The notes under the pieces are model-generated. The model saw nothing but the letters and a program-made list of their open reading frames with translations. It did not search any database and was not told where the DNA came from. The position numbers were made by a program, and so were the translations under genes. DNA of 64,000 bases from Octopus sinensis (taxonomy: Eukaryota): contig NC_043003.1 in NCBI RefSeq assembly GCF_006345805.1, positions 67,704,001 to 67,768,000 of the forward strand. The letters run 5' to 3'. This document shows positions 38,001 to 50,928 of this stretch, in pieces; the first letter of the stretch is position 1, and every line of letters starts with the position of its first letter.

Positions 38001-38734
38001 ATTTGCAGAAAATATCATATTAATACTGGAACTGAGAAGGGACGCAAACAGCGTATTCGGAAAGAGTAACTGATGTGAAAAGTATTTCTAAATGAATTTG
38101 ATGAATCCTATGCAGAAAAGTAAAAACAATTCTTCGATAGTAATCTCGAAGATCATAAAACTTCCCTTCAGAAGAAGCAGCATCTGAACTTCCCTGCAAA
38201 ATCGGGAGTTTCTTGCAACCCAGATTGTAACAATTAACCAATTAAGAAATTTCTATACTCTAGAAGCCAATCAACCAATTTCCTTATTGGTAAGGAGCTG
38301 TCATGGGTAAAGACACTGGCAGGTCAGTTTAAATTATTTTACCTGATGTACTAAACAAGATCTCTGTTATAAGTTGGAACATCTTACTCTATTACAAAAC
38401 CGACGCTTGATTCTCACGTCTGACTTCCAGATTTTATAATCGAAAAGAATTTATGCAGTTTTCCTTACAACTTCATTCAGCAACAAGACTATTTTCCGAT
38501 AACGGGTTGTTATCGATCTGATGCGACATGATAGTCCAACCACTTATATTGATGTAGAATTTACGAGAATGTTATTTCTTGTAATTTGCTTTGATTCAGT
38601 ATTATTTCAGCTGTCGTTGTTTGGATTCTTGGTATTATTCTATTGTTTAATTAGACACCAGCCAGCTGCGCTTAGTTTAACGGGCTGTTTGATAAACAAG
38701 GATGTTTAGAACTTTTTAAGTTTGTTCTAGCACT

Positions 38735-38830
38735 TATGTACTGGGGTCGATTCTTCGACTAACATTCTTCAAAATGGTGATCTAGCATGGCCGCAGCCAA
38801 ATGACTGAAACGCTTTAAAGTTAAAAAAAG
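38735..38830 (+). mobile_element. SINE family B 3' tail
   Basis: tactggggtcgattcttcgactaa...agcatggccgcagccaaatgactgaaac. Confidence 0.7.
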
Positions 38831-39267
38831 AAAAGAAAAGATGAAATGTGGCTCAATTGTCATCGGTAGGGCTTGGATGTTCTGGCAACTTCCTCCCATT
38901 AAACAGTAATTCCGTTGAAGAAGTTTCTATTTTTTATTGATATTCCGTCTATAAAAGTCATGGTAATCATTTCCCTTGCATACCAGAAGTCTTATGGCTG
39001 ACATCACGCATACACAAACGCACACAACACAGTGAAACAGACTTTCTAGTGTATAAACAATTTTCGTAGGCATATATAGCTGAGGAAATTCTCTAAAACT
39101 TCGTTTATTTATTCACACTTATTTCGCTATTTAAGGAAACTCAGAGAAAATATTATATTCTTCTGAAATTAAGATTCCATCGGCGTTCTAATAGTAGGGA
39201 TATTATATTTTGATAGTCTATGCATTGTAGATTCATCCTCATAAAGATTTTCAACGGATGCACTCGG

Positions 39268-39305
<38 letters not shown>

Positions 39306-39313
39306 ACACACAT

Positions 39314-39382
<69 letters not shown>
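39268..39382. repeat. (CA)n-(GATA)n compound microsatellite
   Basis: Directly visible. Confidence 0.95.
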
Positions 39383-39578
39383 GTCGTATATACATATACA
39401 TAGTAAAATATAGTCCTTGGTACAGTATTACATATTTGAAAAAACGACGAGAAATGGCCTTTCTGATTTAACAACTTTAATAATTAGAATTGGTGTTGTA
39501 AAATATTTATGGAAAAATAAATATTGACAAACCGCATTTGGCCAAATTTTGACATACGATAGTTTTACATAATAGCAA

Positions 39579-39617
<39 letters not shown>

Positions 39618-40184
39618 CATGTGCGTGTGTGTGTAGTGTATATATATATTAGGTCACTTGGAATAAATTCAAAGGCCATAGAAACTTTTGCTTCGTATCG
39701 AGTTTGCTGGCGAACGAAAGTGTCGGGTGGAGTGAAAGCATTTTAAGAGGCTAGAATGACACATGCAAGACTCAAGAAAGATTTAAAGAAGGTGAATCGC
39801 AGTGACCTCTATGTGTGCACAGTTTATGACAGACTGTGTCTTTTTTTTTCCTGGGCTGAAATCTTATTTGCAGACACATAAAAAATGAACCTCTATCAAC
39901 TATTCTGCCTATATATATGTGTACACCATTCAATGCCGTGTATGCTAGAAGCTCTGCAATCTAACGGAGGCCTCAAAAGACATTTTAAAATAAACAAAGA
40001 TCAGAACTGCAGCTCTTGGTGGTACAAATCAGATATTCAATCTATGCACGTCTCCTTTGAATATATTGTCTGATTTAAAAAGCTACACAAGCTGCCATGG
40101 TGGATCTAAGATGTAAGTACAAGAGGTGGTCAAACTCTGCATAAGAAGTAGACAACCACCAACATATATGTATATATATACATA

Positions 40185-40555
40185 CTAGCAGTATCGCCCG
40201 GCGTTGCTCAGGTTTGTAAGGGAAATAACTATAAAGCATTTTTAGAGAGTTATAGCCAAAAAATAGCAAAAAAATGATGGTAAATTTTTTTTTTAGTTAA
40301 AAAAGGTTGAGTTGCGTCCCCTAGACAGTCTGTGGTTTGTTTCTGATTCTCGACCCCATGTCGATTTTATCGATTTTTTTCAGAACTGGGGGAACTTTTC
40401 AAAATTTTCGCTGCGTTAGTTTTGAATTATGACATTGGGCTATGTGTGTGTCAAGTTTCATCAGAATCGGTTGAAAGCCGTGGTCAGGGTGAGGGTACAA
40501 GCAAACAGACACACAGAAACACGCACAGACAAACTGCCGTTTATATATAGAGAGA
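40185..40555 (-). mobile_element. Non-autonomous Helitron-like element (371 bp)
   Basis: Minus strand starts TC and ends CTAG, inserted between A and T with no TSD. Subterminal GC-rich cgccgggcg and an acagac repeat near the 5' end. Confidence 0.7.
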
Positions 40556-41677
40556 TATACGTGTGTGCGTTCGTATGTATTTATGCATGTATCCCGACGT
40601 CCCTTCTTCGGAGATACAGAGGGACACGGCTAAGTGACTTAGATACGCACAAAGTTCAAAGTTATGTCTCAATGTCGAAGTATTTAATTTTGGAAATAGT
40701 GAGTAAAGTGGCTATTTTATTGAAAATACTATTTTGCATCAAACACAGTGCGTCTGTCATTTGCGTCTGTGTTTATCTATAAGTACGATGTCTCTATGCA
40801 AATATACGTGTTTAATGATGTGTGTGTAAGCTAACCTATGAACACACACAAACGCACACACACACAAATACATATATATACTCATTTAACTAGCTCTATC
40901 ATTAAACAACGGTCATGTTACGTCAAACGCTAAAAAGGTTTTATTATTTTTTGATCATAAGACCTAAGTATGTCAATCAGTCTGATATATATTTATTGAT
41001 CAAAAATTTGTCTGTGTGTATCTCTAAACTGATACGTAGTATTACGCGCGTCCGCGCATACACTCAGACATGCGCACACATTTACACACACATACATATA
41101 CACACGCACGTACACGAACACACGCACAGACACATTCACGTAGAGATAGATAGACAGGTAGATAGGTAGACAGACAGATTTCTTTATTTAACCACACAGA
41201 GCTTAACACAGAGGGGACAATACAATGTAGAATTTTCCTTTTCGAAATCAACCAATGAGGATTGAAAAACGACGCTTTTGGGGGCACGTACACATATAGA
41301 CAAAAACATGACGTTTTTTTCTTTTTTTTTTAAGAATTTGAATTCCCAAATGGGGAGAAATATAACGCAGACTAGAGTTATCTGTGGAAAGAAAAACCAA
41401 CCAAAAACAACAACGGTAACCTCGACAAAGAAATAATTTATGAGAGCAAAGTGTCCTCTTTCTCTTTGTATTTTTTACAGGTTAATGCTCCAAGTGTTTC
41501 CGTCATTCATGCGTACCATGTTCGCTACATTCACCCACCGTTTATTAAATCTTTCATTATACAAAACGTATCTCTCTACACTCACCTTCCTTTTCAAGTG
41601 ATACACGAAAAAGTTGATCAGAGTTTGGCCAGAGAGGAAAGTGTTTGTCTCTAAACATTTCAAACGAGTCCACCACG

Positions 41678-41712
<35 letters not shown>

Positions 41713-41726
41713 AGAGACAGACAGGC

Positions 41727-41773
<47 letters not shown>

Positions 41774-41910
41774 TAGATAGATAGATAGATAGATAGACAG
41801 ACAAACAGGGATAGATCGATAGAGAGAGAGGGAGAGATACATACATACACACATACGTACATACATTACGTACATATATTACATACATACATACATAGAC
41901 ACACACAGGC
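41678..41910. repeat. Compound tetranucleotide microsatellite (GCAG)n-(GACA)n-(GATA)n-(CATA)n
   Basis: Directly visible. Confidence 0.95.
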
Positions 41911-42641
41911 AGAGAGAGAGTGATATGTAGGTATATTTGTTGTGCATGCGATTCCAATCAAGCATATTTTCTTGTAGACACATGGTGTGTCACGCCTAAT
42001 GTAGTCCTATTCTGTAATTTCTAGATGCTGCTGTCAACCGATTCGTTAAATTATTGCTTGAAGACATTACGTTTAATATAGCATAATTCATGACAAACAA
42101 GAGACTTAATTAAACCCCCATAATTATGTACGAATCGTATAATATTTACTCACAAGATTAGCCTTAAGAGTGCAAGTTGCTGCAAGAAAATTATACGGAA
42201 GCAAATGATATGTACACACACATAGACAAACACACACACACATTTACATATGCATACACACATTTATACGAATAAACAAATAAATATACACATATCTATA
42301 TACATTCATACACACACACACATATATATATATAAATATATATATACATATATATATATATATACACATATATATATGTATATATACACACATATATACG
42401 CACATACATTTTACACATATATGTGTCTGTGTGTGTATTTGTGTTTGTCCGCCTGTGTGCGTATGGCTGCATGTGTATGTGTGTATGTAGATATAGATAA
42501 TAGTATTTTTTTTCAAATATATAATACTGTACCAAGAACTATTTCTTTTTTTACTATATTTATATATATATACAGCTGTATGTATCTATCTATCCATCTC
42601 TGTATATATATATACATATATATATGTGTGTGTATGTGTGT

Positions 42642-42680
<39 letters not shown>

Positions 42681-42699
42681 GATGTTTGTTAATGCTTTT

Positions 42700-42990
42700 A
42701 GTTCCGCTGCGTGACCAGTTGACTCAGCTATAGCCTCGGGCTATTTGGTAAACGGAAACTGAAAGAACGTATGTATATTTATTTCTCTGTGTATGTGTGT
42801 GTGTGTGTGTGTGTTTGTATCTGTATTTTTTCCCCACCACTGCTTGACAACTGCCGTTTGCATTGACGTTCCCGGTTCGGCAAAAGATCGATAAAATAAG
42901 TACCATGCTTAAAAAATAAATCTTGTGATCGATTTCTTCGACTAAAAACCGTGAAAGTGGTGCCCCAGCACGGCTGAAGATAAAAGATTA
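42700..42990 (+). mobile_element. SINE family B, internally deleted copy
   Basis: ctatagcctcgggc, tttggtaaacggaaactgaaagaa, gcttgacaac, cggttcggcaaa, ataagtacca, gtggtgccccagca. Confidence 0.75.
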
Positions 42991-44579
42991 TAAAATTTAT
43001 TTCAAATATGGAAGAATGTGGAAATGAGCGGCCTTTTTGCCGTTCACTCATTAAGGTAGGAATCTAGGGAGAAGGTCTTGATGTTGGCACCGTCGTTTAC
43101 AAACATCAACGATTACAGCAACCCGTACGTTGTAGTAATAATAAACTGCAACAGACGTGACAGTAGATCCAGCAGCAGTAACAATAACAGCAGAAGTTGC
43201 AGGCGACCATCCTCACGTCAAAGAAACAAGATTAAAAATATCGTCATCACCATAAAATCATGCATCATGCATAGACACCGCTCTAACCGAAACCTGTAGC
43301 CACACAACATACCATCATCTCGAACATCATCCCCAAAGAGAAGAAACAACGTCAGTGACAACAATTTTAACAACAACACCAGCAGTAGAAACAACAAAAA
43401 TTATAGCTTTTGCAGGGATCATTTATTATTTCGATCACACCCTACTAGATCATTTAAATAAACTCATTTAAATAAAAGGGTTGGGCACCACTGCCCTAGA
43501 CAATGAGCATGAGAATTTAGGAGAGGTGGAGTAACGCGTCAATAAGACAATGGAGGTAGTGTTTGTGCTACGTTTGTTTATATCTGCCTTTTCTTTGTGT
43601 TGATGTGCTTTGGTTTCCTTTCCTCTCTTCTTTACGTTAGCTTGTTTTTGCCACTAAGGCTCTTCCTCATTACTTTCGCAAAATAAATTAACTAAATGAC
43701 TTGCTTTTAGTGAGGCTTCCCTGCTTTTCTTTGGCTGAGAAAAAAATTCAGCCTTCATCTGTCTGGTATCTATAGCGAAAGAGATTTTTTGGTGGACAAG
43801 ACTAAAATGAAGACTGGCAGCTTCTTGAGCGAACTCCAAATCAGCATTTTCGTCGCAGGGCGGGACCACGTTTTACAGATAAGTTTATTTTCAGTGAGAT
43901 TTTATTGTTAATTGTAGCAGGTCGAGAACGAATGAAGTAGACTCGGCTGCGGTGCTTCGATATTATTTTGGATATTATTTATTTTTGTGAAGGGTAATCA
44001 AACATTTGTGCAAAATATTTTGTGAGGTTTCGTTACCAGATACAAGCAATGTTTGCATGGGTTCGATCATCTTCACTTGGACAACAATAAATAAATTGAA
44101 GATTATGATCGTTTCTAAATGGACAGGCGTCATTTATTTTGTGAAACCTCCATGTTATTAGGCGATCAATTTACTAGAAACGACATTATTTAAAAGTGTC
44201 AAAGTAATGAATATACTGCCCAACAATGTATCTATGCACAATGCACTCCTAATCCGATACTTTACAAAACTGACAAGATTAACATCACCTCACGGTCAAT
44301 TTTCCAAGTTTGTCGTTCTCTATGCATATTTGGTTTCCAAAGTTATCGTAGAAAAATCTGTTAGAGATTGTTACACAAAATAATAAACCTTTCAATCAAT
44401 ATTTTAAACCTGTTAAGTAAGTCTTGGAGTCGATTTCTTCAACTAAAACCCGTGAAAGGGTGCCCCACCTCGAATTGTGGATGGAAAAATTTTTAATGAA
44501 ACCCTTGTCTTAAGGCTTAAGGGAGCTAATATTATGCTTTTGTCTTAGATATAGATATTGCGAGGTTTATTTATTTATC

Positions 44580-44930
44580 GAAACAGTCAGACATGCGAAA
44601 TTCGGTTGGCACAAATATGTGGCTAATATTCTTATTGGAGAGAACCCAGCTGTTTCTAGTAAAGAATTGATGTCACAACACTCGGCCGACTAATATTCTT
44701 TCCCAAATATATTGACCCCCGAAGGCGTTTGATGAAGAACGCGATCGATAGATAATTATTTTTCGAATAGTAACACAAGCGGCAACACCGATACAACAGA
44801 TTCGCAAAATACATCGATACCATGGCATAGGGTGAAAATAACATACTTGGAGGGGGAAATTTATCATAAACATAAACAGGGAGAAGAAATAACTTCGAAG
44901 TACCGACAGAGTGACCAGTAACTTCATGCT
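44580..44930 (+). mobile_element. Possible ancient non-LTR RT relic
   Basis: One frame reads KQSDMRNSVGT..LIFLL...IY*PPKAFD, resembling RT motifs QxGFRxxxGT and DxxKAFD, with several stops. Confidence 0.3.
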
Positions 44931-45354
44931 TCAGGATGGTACGTGTAACCTATGTAAAAACATGACGTTGCTGTTATATGTTTACATAAAAGGTGGCGAG
45001 CTGGCAGAAGATATATATGATTGATTGATTGATTCTAGTTTCAGCTTATGAGCTGTGGCCATGTATATGTATGTATATATATATATATGTATGTATATAT
45101 GTATGTATGTATGTATTAGATAGAAAATTTTCATTGCTTTCTAAAACCAATTTCTCTTAAAATAATTACATTTCATCTTAGAGTTCTACATTTTCCATTA
45201 TTGATCTACGACCTTATTTCAGGTTGCACGTGTTGTCAGCATTTTTCTACATCCATGCCATATATATATACTTACGCATATACAGTGTAGAATATATGTT
45301 ATAATGATATCAAACCAATGTAAATTATGCTACCTTAAACATAGAATGTTCGCG

Positions 45355-45361
45355 TATAGGT

Positions 45362-45441
<80 letters not shown>

Positions 45442-45470
45442 ACTCATATATATATATATGTATGTATACT

Positions 45471-45501
<31 letters not shown>

Positions 45502-45660
45502 ACTTACATATATATATATATGTATATATATGTATGTATGTATGTATGTATACTTACATATATATGTATTTATGTATACTTATATATATATGTATGTATG
45601 TATACTTACATATATATAAACATATGTATGTATGCATGCATGCGTGTGTGTTCCTATGAA
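45355..45660. repeat. (TA)n/(TATG)n microsatellite
   Basis: Directly visible. Confidence 0.95.
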
Positions 45661-46317
45661 TGTGAATAATTGAGTTCGTGTGTGCGTGTGTATATGTGTG
45701 TATTATCTATGCTTCTAGAATAGCCGACATATTTATATATAAGGAATCGCTTTTAATGAAGGCATAGTCGTCTTCATAGAACCGTTTTGCGAATTAGAAT
45801 AAAGAAGCTTTTGATTTGAGAAGAATGGTCTTATCTGTCGATGTAATTGCGGGTTAGATTGTTCATGCATTCCACACCGAGTTAAATATACCCAAAACAT
45901 GTATGCTAAAGATGTAATCCATCAACAACCATATTTCCCCTTACTGCATTTCATCAGCGTATAAGAAAAAATCGTGTTGCAGGGTATTTATGTTTTCTAA
46001 ATGTTTGTTTCATATTTTTCCGTGAATGGATATTAAAACATAATTGAATGTTACCTTTTATTGTACTATGTGATAATTAAAACCTCGCTGAGATGTGGTA
46101 CTCGCTTCCGAAGTATCGGTCTAATGATATTGCATATTTCAGTTGATATAAATTACTAATTTTATTCGAAATACTGTGTTATTCTTAATATCTGTATGTC
46201 GGTACCTCTGGAGTACACTGAATAAACTCTTTATGATTCACAAGACACTTTATTGAATTGTATGGAAAATATTTCATTTACGTAATTGCATCGAATACTA
46301 CTTGATGATATAAATAA

Positions 46318-46735
46318 GGCGGCGAGCTGGCAGAAACGTTAGCGCGCCGGACGAAATACTTAGCGGTATTTCGTCTGTCGTTACGTTCTGAGTTCAATTT
46401 CCGCCGGGGTCGACTTTGCCTTTCATCTCTCGGGGTCGATAAATAAAGTACCAGTTACGCACTGGGGTCGATGTAATCGACTTAATACCTAGTCTGTCTT
46501 GTTTGTCCCCTCGTGTGTGTAGCCTTGTGGGTAATAAAGAAATAGGTATTTCGTCTGCTGTTACGTTCTGAGTTCAAATTCCGTCGAGGTCGACTTTGCC
46601 ATTCATCCTTTCGGAGTCGATTAAATAAGTACCAGTTACGCACTGGAGTCGATATAATCGACTTAATCTTTTTGTCTGTCCTTGTTTGTCCACTCTGTGT
46701 TTAGCACTTGGTGGATAGTAAAGGAATACATATAA
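46318..46735 (+). mobile_element. SINE family A, full-length unit plus tandem 5'-truncated second unit
   Basis: Unit 1 runs from ggcggcgagctggcagaaacgttagc to gtaataaagaaata (~46543). Unit 2 restarts at ggtatttcgtctg and runs to gtaaaggaata. Confidence 0.92.
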
Positions 46736-47056
46736 ATAAGCATTTTCTCTCGAGTTCTTTCACTCATCCACTTCTTTGGTAATACAATTTCAATAGCTTT
46801 GCTTGCTGCCAACAACACTGATATTGGAAGTGCATAGGTGCAGTTTTTAGAATACGATGAACCAAAGTATTTCCTACACCAAAGAAACTCATATACGGAG
46901 AGGGAACAATTTTAACTGTTGCCAGATATACAATGATCTGAACGAAATGTCCTTCGATTTTTGGTAATTTTGGAAGTACCGGCACGTTTTGGCGGATTTT
47001 AATTAAAAGTTCGGTCTATAGCCCTTAAATTTGGTGCCTATTGCTACTGAGAAAGT

Positions 47057-47095
47057 AATATATATATATATACATATATACATACATATATATAT

Positions 47096-47129
<34 letters not shown>

Positions 47130-47131
47130 GA

Positions 47132-47169
<38 letters not shown>

Positions 47170-47185
47170 CATACATATATATATA

Positions 47186-47240
<55 letters not shown>

Positions 47241-47420
47241 CATATATATACATATATATATATATATATATTCATATATTTCATTTTTTTTCATTTCATC
47301 TAGTTTCAGCTCACGAGCTGTGGCCATGCTGGGGCACTGCCATTCAATATACATATATATATAATCTGTGTTTATATATATATATATATATATATATAAA
47401 TATGTGAGTGTGTGTGTATG
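47057..47420. repeat. (TA)n tract containing a minus-strand SINE B 3' tail at ~47300-47341
   Basis: Microsatellite directly visible. gtttcagctcacgagctgtggccatgctggggcactgcc is the SINE tail. Confidence 0.9.
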
Positions 47421-48204
47421 TGCATGCGCGCCCCTGTTTGTGTTATACATTATAACAGAACGTCTCCTATTTTAAGTACACAGAGTTGCTCGTTTCCGCG
47501 CCTGATTTTCTTTTGAATAATCACTGTCCGATTATTGTTTGAGATATAAAATGAAAGTTTGAAGGAAATACATATTCTTATGTGTGCGTTCCTTATGCGC
47601 GCGCCGGTGCAAACGCATACATATATTCATATGCACAACCATAGACACACATATATACACGGAATTATATACAAGTATACGTTTACAAATATACTCAAAA
47701 AATAGACACGCACACACACACTTACACATATTAGAACGTATACGAATCTAACTCTTCCTCTCTCTGTATCTTTCATATTCTCCCCCTCTCTCTCTCTACA
47801 TATATGTAGAGCGTATGTTGTGATATGTTTGTGTGCCAAACAGTCATTAAATTATATGACCTTAGAACCATGCGGAACAATGTCTGACCCATGGCGTCAC
47901 GCTTGGCCAGGAAGGCTAATTACTAAAGGATTTATTACCAGCAGCTACTCAACAGTAGAGCAGGACATGTACTGGCACACATCATAGTGTGTTTTGTGCT
48001 TATTTTTATTTCTTGTATGCATTATTTCTCCTTAATCGTTATATCGTATTTTTCTTAATTACTTCCTATTTGTATCCACAGCTAAGCGTCTTCATTTTTT
48101 CTTTGTAATTCCTTCACAATTTATTTTAGATACGACTGCGTTCGACAGACTCTAGTTGAAATTAAGAGCGATACGTTACACAGTTAACGAGAAAATATGC
48201 TACA

Positions 48205-48605
48205 TCACCTGATAAGATGCTTCTGCCCCATTGGATTCTGATATAAACCTCGCACCGTAGAATGCTGCCGCAATCCTTGCCTTCAGTTCATCTTTGCTAT
48301 TAGAAGTTTTGTTGGTCTCAGCTCAACTGCACCCCGCACATAAAAATCAAGTGGGTTGCAGTCTGAGGAGTTAGGTAGCTAGATATTAGTGTTGATGTGG
48401 TCACAGAAATTGCCTGACAGCCATGATAGTTTCTCCTGCTTGTGTAGCATGGTGCAGAATCCTGTTACCCGACATAAGGGCTTCCAGCTGCTACCCTCTT
48501 GTCTTAAGGCAGCACTATCTCCGCCAGACTCTTGATGTAGGCTTCCGTATTGAGTCTGAAGTCGTGTTGGAAGATGAATGAAGGCATAATGACGCCATCA
48601 CTGTA
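48205..48605 (-). mobile_element. DD37D (maT-type) transposase fragment
   Basis: SDGVIMPSFIFQHDFRLNTEAYIKSLAEIVLP...QDSAPC...ETNKT..KDELKARI, same family type as 32666-33867. Confidence 0.8.
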
Positions 48606-48834
48606 ATTCATTGTATAGGTTTTTCTACCCGCGTGGGCAGGATGTGATAAATAAATTTTCAAATATATTCTATCTTCCTTATCCACTGATTCTACTATAC
48701 TCAACGCACACTGAGGGATTCCGATCGTAGATCCAGTTGCGATTGCTCAATTACCGTAGACGACGCCAGGTAGCTATAGGAAGTGAACATGCTTCATCGA
48801 CATACTACTACGGAAACGCCCGGCACTAGAATAT

Positions 48835-48960
48835 TTTCATATAGGCCTCCGTGTCGTGTCTGATACCATGTGGGAAGATGAAAGGAGGCATAACATCGCC
48901 ATCACTAGTGATCAATCTAAACACCATGATGTTGATAGGATGTTTGATATTTATAATTCT
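48835..48960 (-). mobile_element. Second overlapping DD37D transposase fragment
   Basis: KHPINIMVFRLITSDGDVMPPFIFPHG...TEAY repeats the segment at 48540-48600. Confidence 0.75.
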
Positions 48961-49228
48961 CGATATATATCCTCAGACTGGCGTCATCAGATTGATGGTC
49001 ACTCACTCTGACATGTTCATACTGGAGCTTCCGGCGCAAATGCCAGAAAGTACAGCATGCCGTTTCCAAATTTATGGCAGAGTGTATTGTGTTAAGTTAA
49101 TGTTATTCTCACTAACGATGTCCAATAGGCCCTACTAAACCGTGTAGTCGACAAAATAAAAAAACAAACAATGTTCGCTTAACTAAAAATACAAAATACC
49201 GATAACTTAGCCATCACTCCATGTGTGA

Positions 49229-49259
49229 GTGTATATGTGTTTGAGTATGTCTATCTATA

Positions 49260-49294
<35 letters not shown>

Positions 49295-49458
49295 ATATAT
49301 ATATATATATATAGGTCAAAATTAGAGATTAAATTCATATATATATATTCATATATATATGACTATGTGGGGGTTATGTATCTATACATATATATATATG
49401 TATTATATATATATATATATATATATATGCATATATATATATTGTATATATATATATG

Positions 49459-49490
<32 letters not shown>

Positions 49491-49505
49491 TGTATATATT
49501 ATATG

Positions 49506-49542
<37 letters not shown>

Positions 49543-49581
49543 GTATATATATATGCATATATATATATGTATTTATATATG

Positions 49582-49653
<72 letters not shown>

Positions 49654-49732
49654 CATATATGTGTATATATGTATATATATATATATCTGTATATATATAT
49701 TATGTATATATATGTGTATATATGTGTATATA

Positions 49733-49781
<49 letters not shown>

Positions 49782-49850
49782 GTGTGTATATATATATGTG
49801 TATATATATATATGTGTATATATATATATGTGTATATATATATATGTATA
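49229..49850. repeat. ~620-bp (TA)n/(TG) microsatellite
   Basis: Directly visible. Confidence 0.97.
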
Positions 49851-50928
49851 TAAATCCTTAAATCCTTAAAAATGTTTTAGCCCGAAGGCCGCGGCCATGC
49901 TGGGGCACCACCGCTGAATGAGCCACACTAGTTTGTGAATCCACCTCTGATACGTGGCACTTGATCAACAAGGGAGTTCGATGCTGCTGCCCGCATCCGT
50001 GTCTCCTGTCGTGAGGTAGGTTCATCTGGGACTCCCAACAAGAAGAGATCCAGTTTAGTTTTAAAGAAACCCACATCCACACCATGTAAGTCTCTCAGGC
50101 ATTTAGGGAGGATGTTGAAAAGCTGTGGTCCTCTGAAACCCAAGCTGTTGCAGTATCTGGACCTGTATTTTGATGGTGATGTTGGAGATGTTGGAATCCT
50201 TGGCACCACGCAGCGGCGCCCCGTTCTGCGGTTGGAGTAACTTTGAATGCCAAAGTTTGGGACAAGACCCTCCAGGATTTTCCAGATGTATATTACTGCA
50301 TATCTCTCCCGCCTCCGCTCCAGGGAGAAGAGGTTTAATACCTTCAGTCTTTCCCAGTAGCTGACATTTTGCATTGAGACGATTTTCTTTGTGTAGCTTC
50401 TCTGAGTTGCTTCGAGTTCTGCTGTTTGTTTTATATTGTGTGGTGACCAAAGTTGGGAGCAGTAGTCCAAGCGGCTGAGGACAAATGTTTTCCATAGGAC
50501 CATCAGTGTCTCCTTCTCTCTTGTTCTGAAAGTTCGGAGAATCCATCCAGCTAGCCGTCTGCATTTTATCACCAGATTAGCAATATGCATTCGGAAAGAT
50601 GCATCATTGCTCATGTCAATGCCCAGGTCACGCACTGATTTTGACTCAGGGATTGCAATTCTTCCTGGGCCAGTGTATCCAGTCTTCACGTCATTTACCT
50701 TTGTGTGCCAGTAGCGCAGGGCCTGGAACTTACCTGCATTAAACTGCATGTTGTTGTCCTCAGCCCACCTGTATATTGTGTCCAGCTCATGTTGCAGATG
50801 CGCAATATTTTCAGGGTTCTGTATTGCGTGGGAGACCTTTGTGTCATCTGCATAGCTAGCAAGGGTGGTCATCGTAGCAACTGAAGGCATGTCTGAAAGG
50901 GCCACTATGAACATCAGTGGCCCCAAGA
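49851..50928 (-). mobile_element. CR1-like LINE, 5'-truncated, young copy with intact 3' end
   Basis: Uninterrupted ~333 codons from VLGPLMF through YADDTK, MQFNAGKF, RDLGIDM, LDYCSQLWSP, SLERRRERY and GPQLFN to the stop at 49928. Short 3' UTR and (aaggattt)n tail; inserted in (TA)n. Confidence 0.95.

Noticed and set aside
41481-41654. Strong plus-strand acceptor at 41480 and a perfect minus-strand donor near 41585
   Set aside because: The two overlapping candidates conflict, neither peptide is recognisable, and no partner exons could be assigned.
46088-46125. ctgagatg...cttccgaagtatcggtc as a hammerhead
   Set aside because: The core boxes are incomplete and stem II does not pair.
14207-49869. 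Dozens of ORFs made of YI/CV/HT/LS repeats (e.g. 14207, 14806, 24216, 42250, 45304, 47025, 49229)
   Set aside because: They are translations of (TA)n, (TG)n, (CT)n, (GATA)n and (ATT)n microsatellites, not genes.
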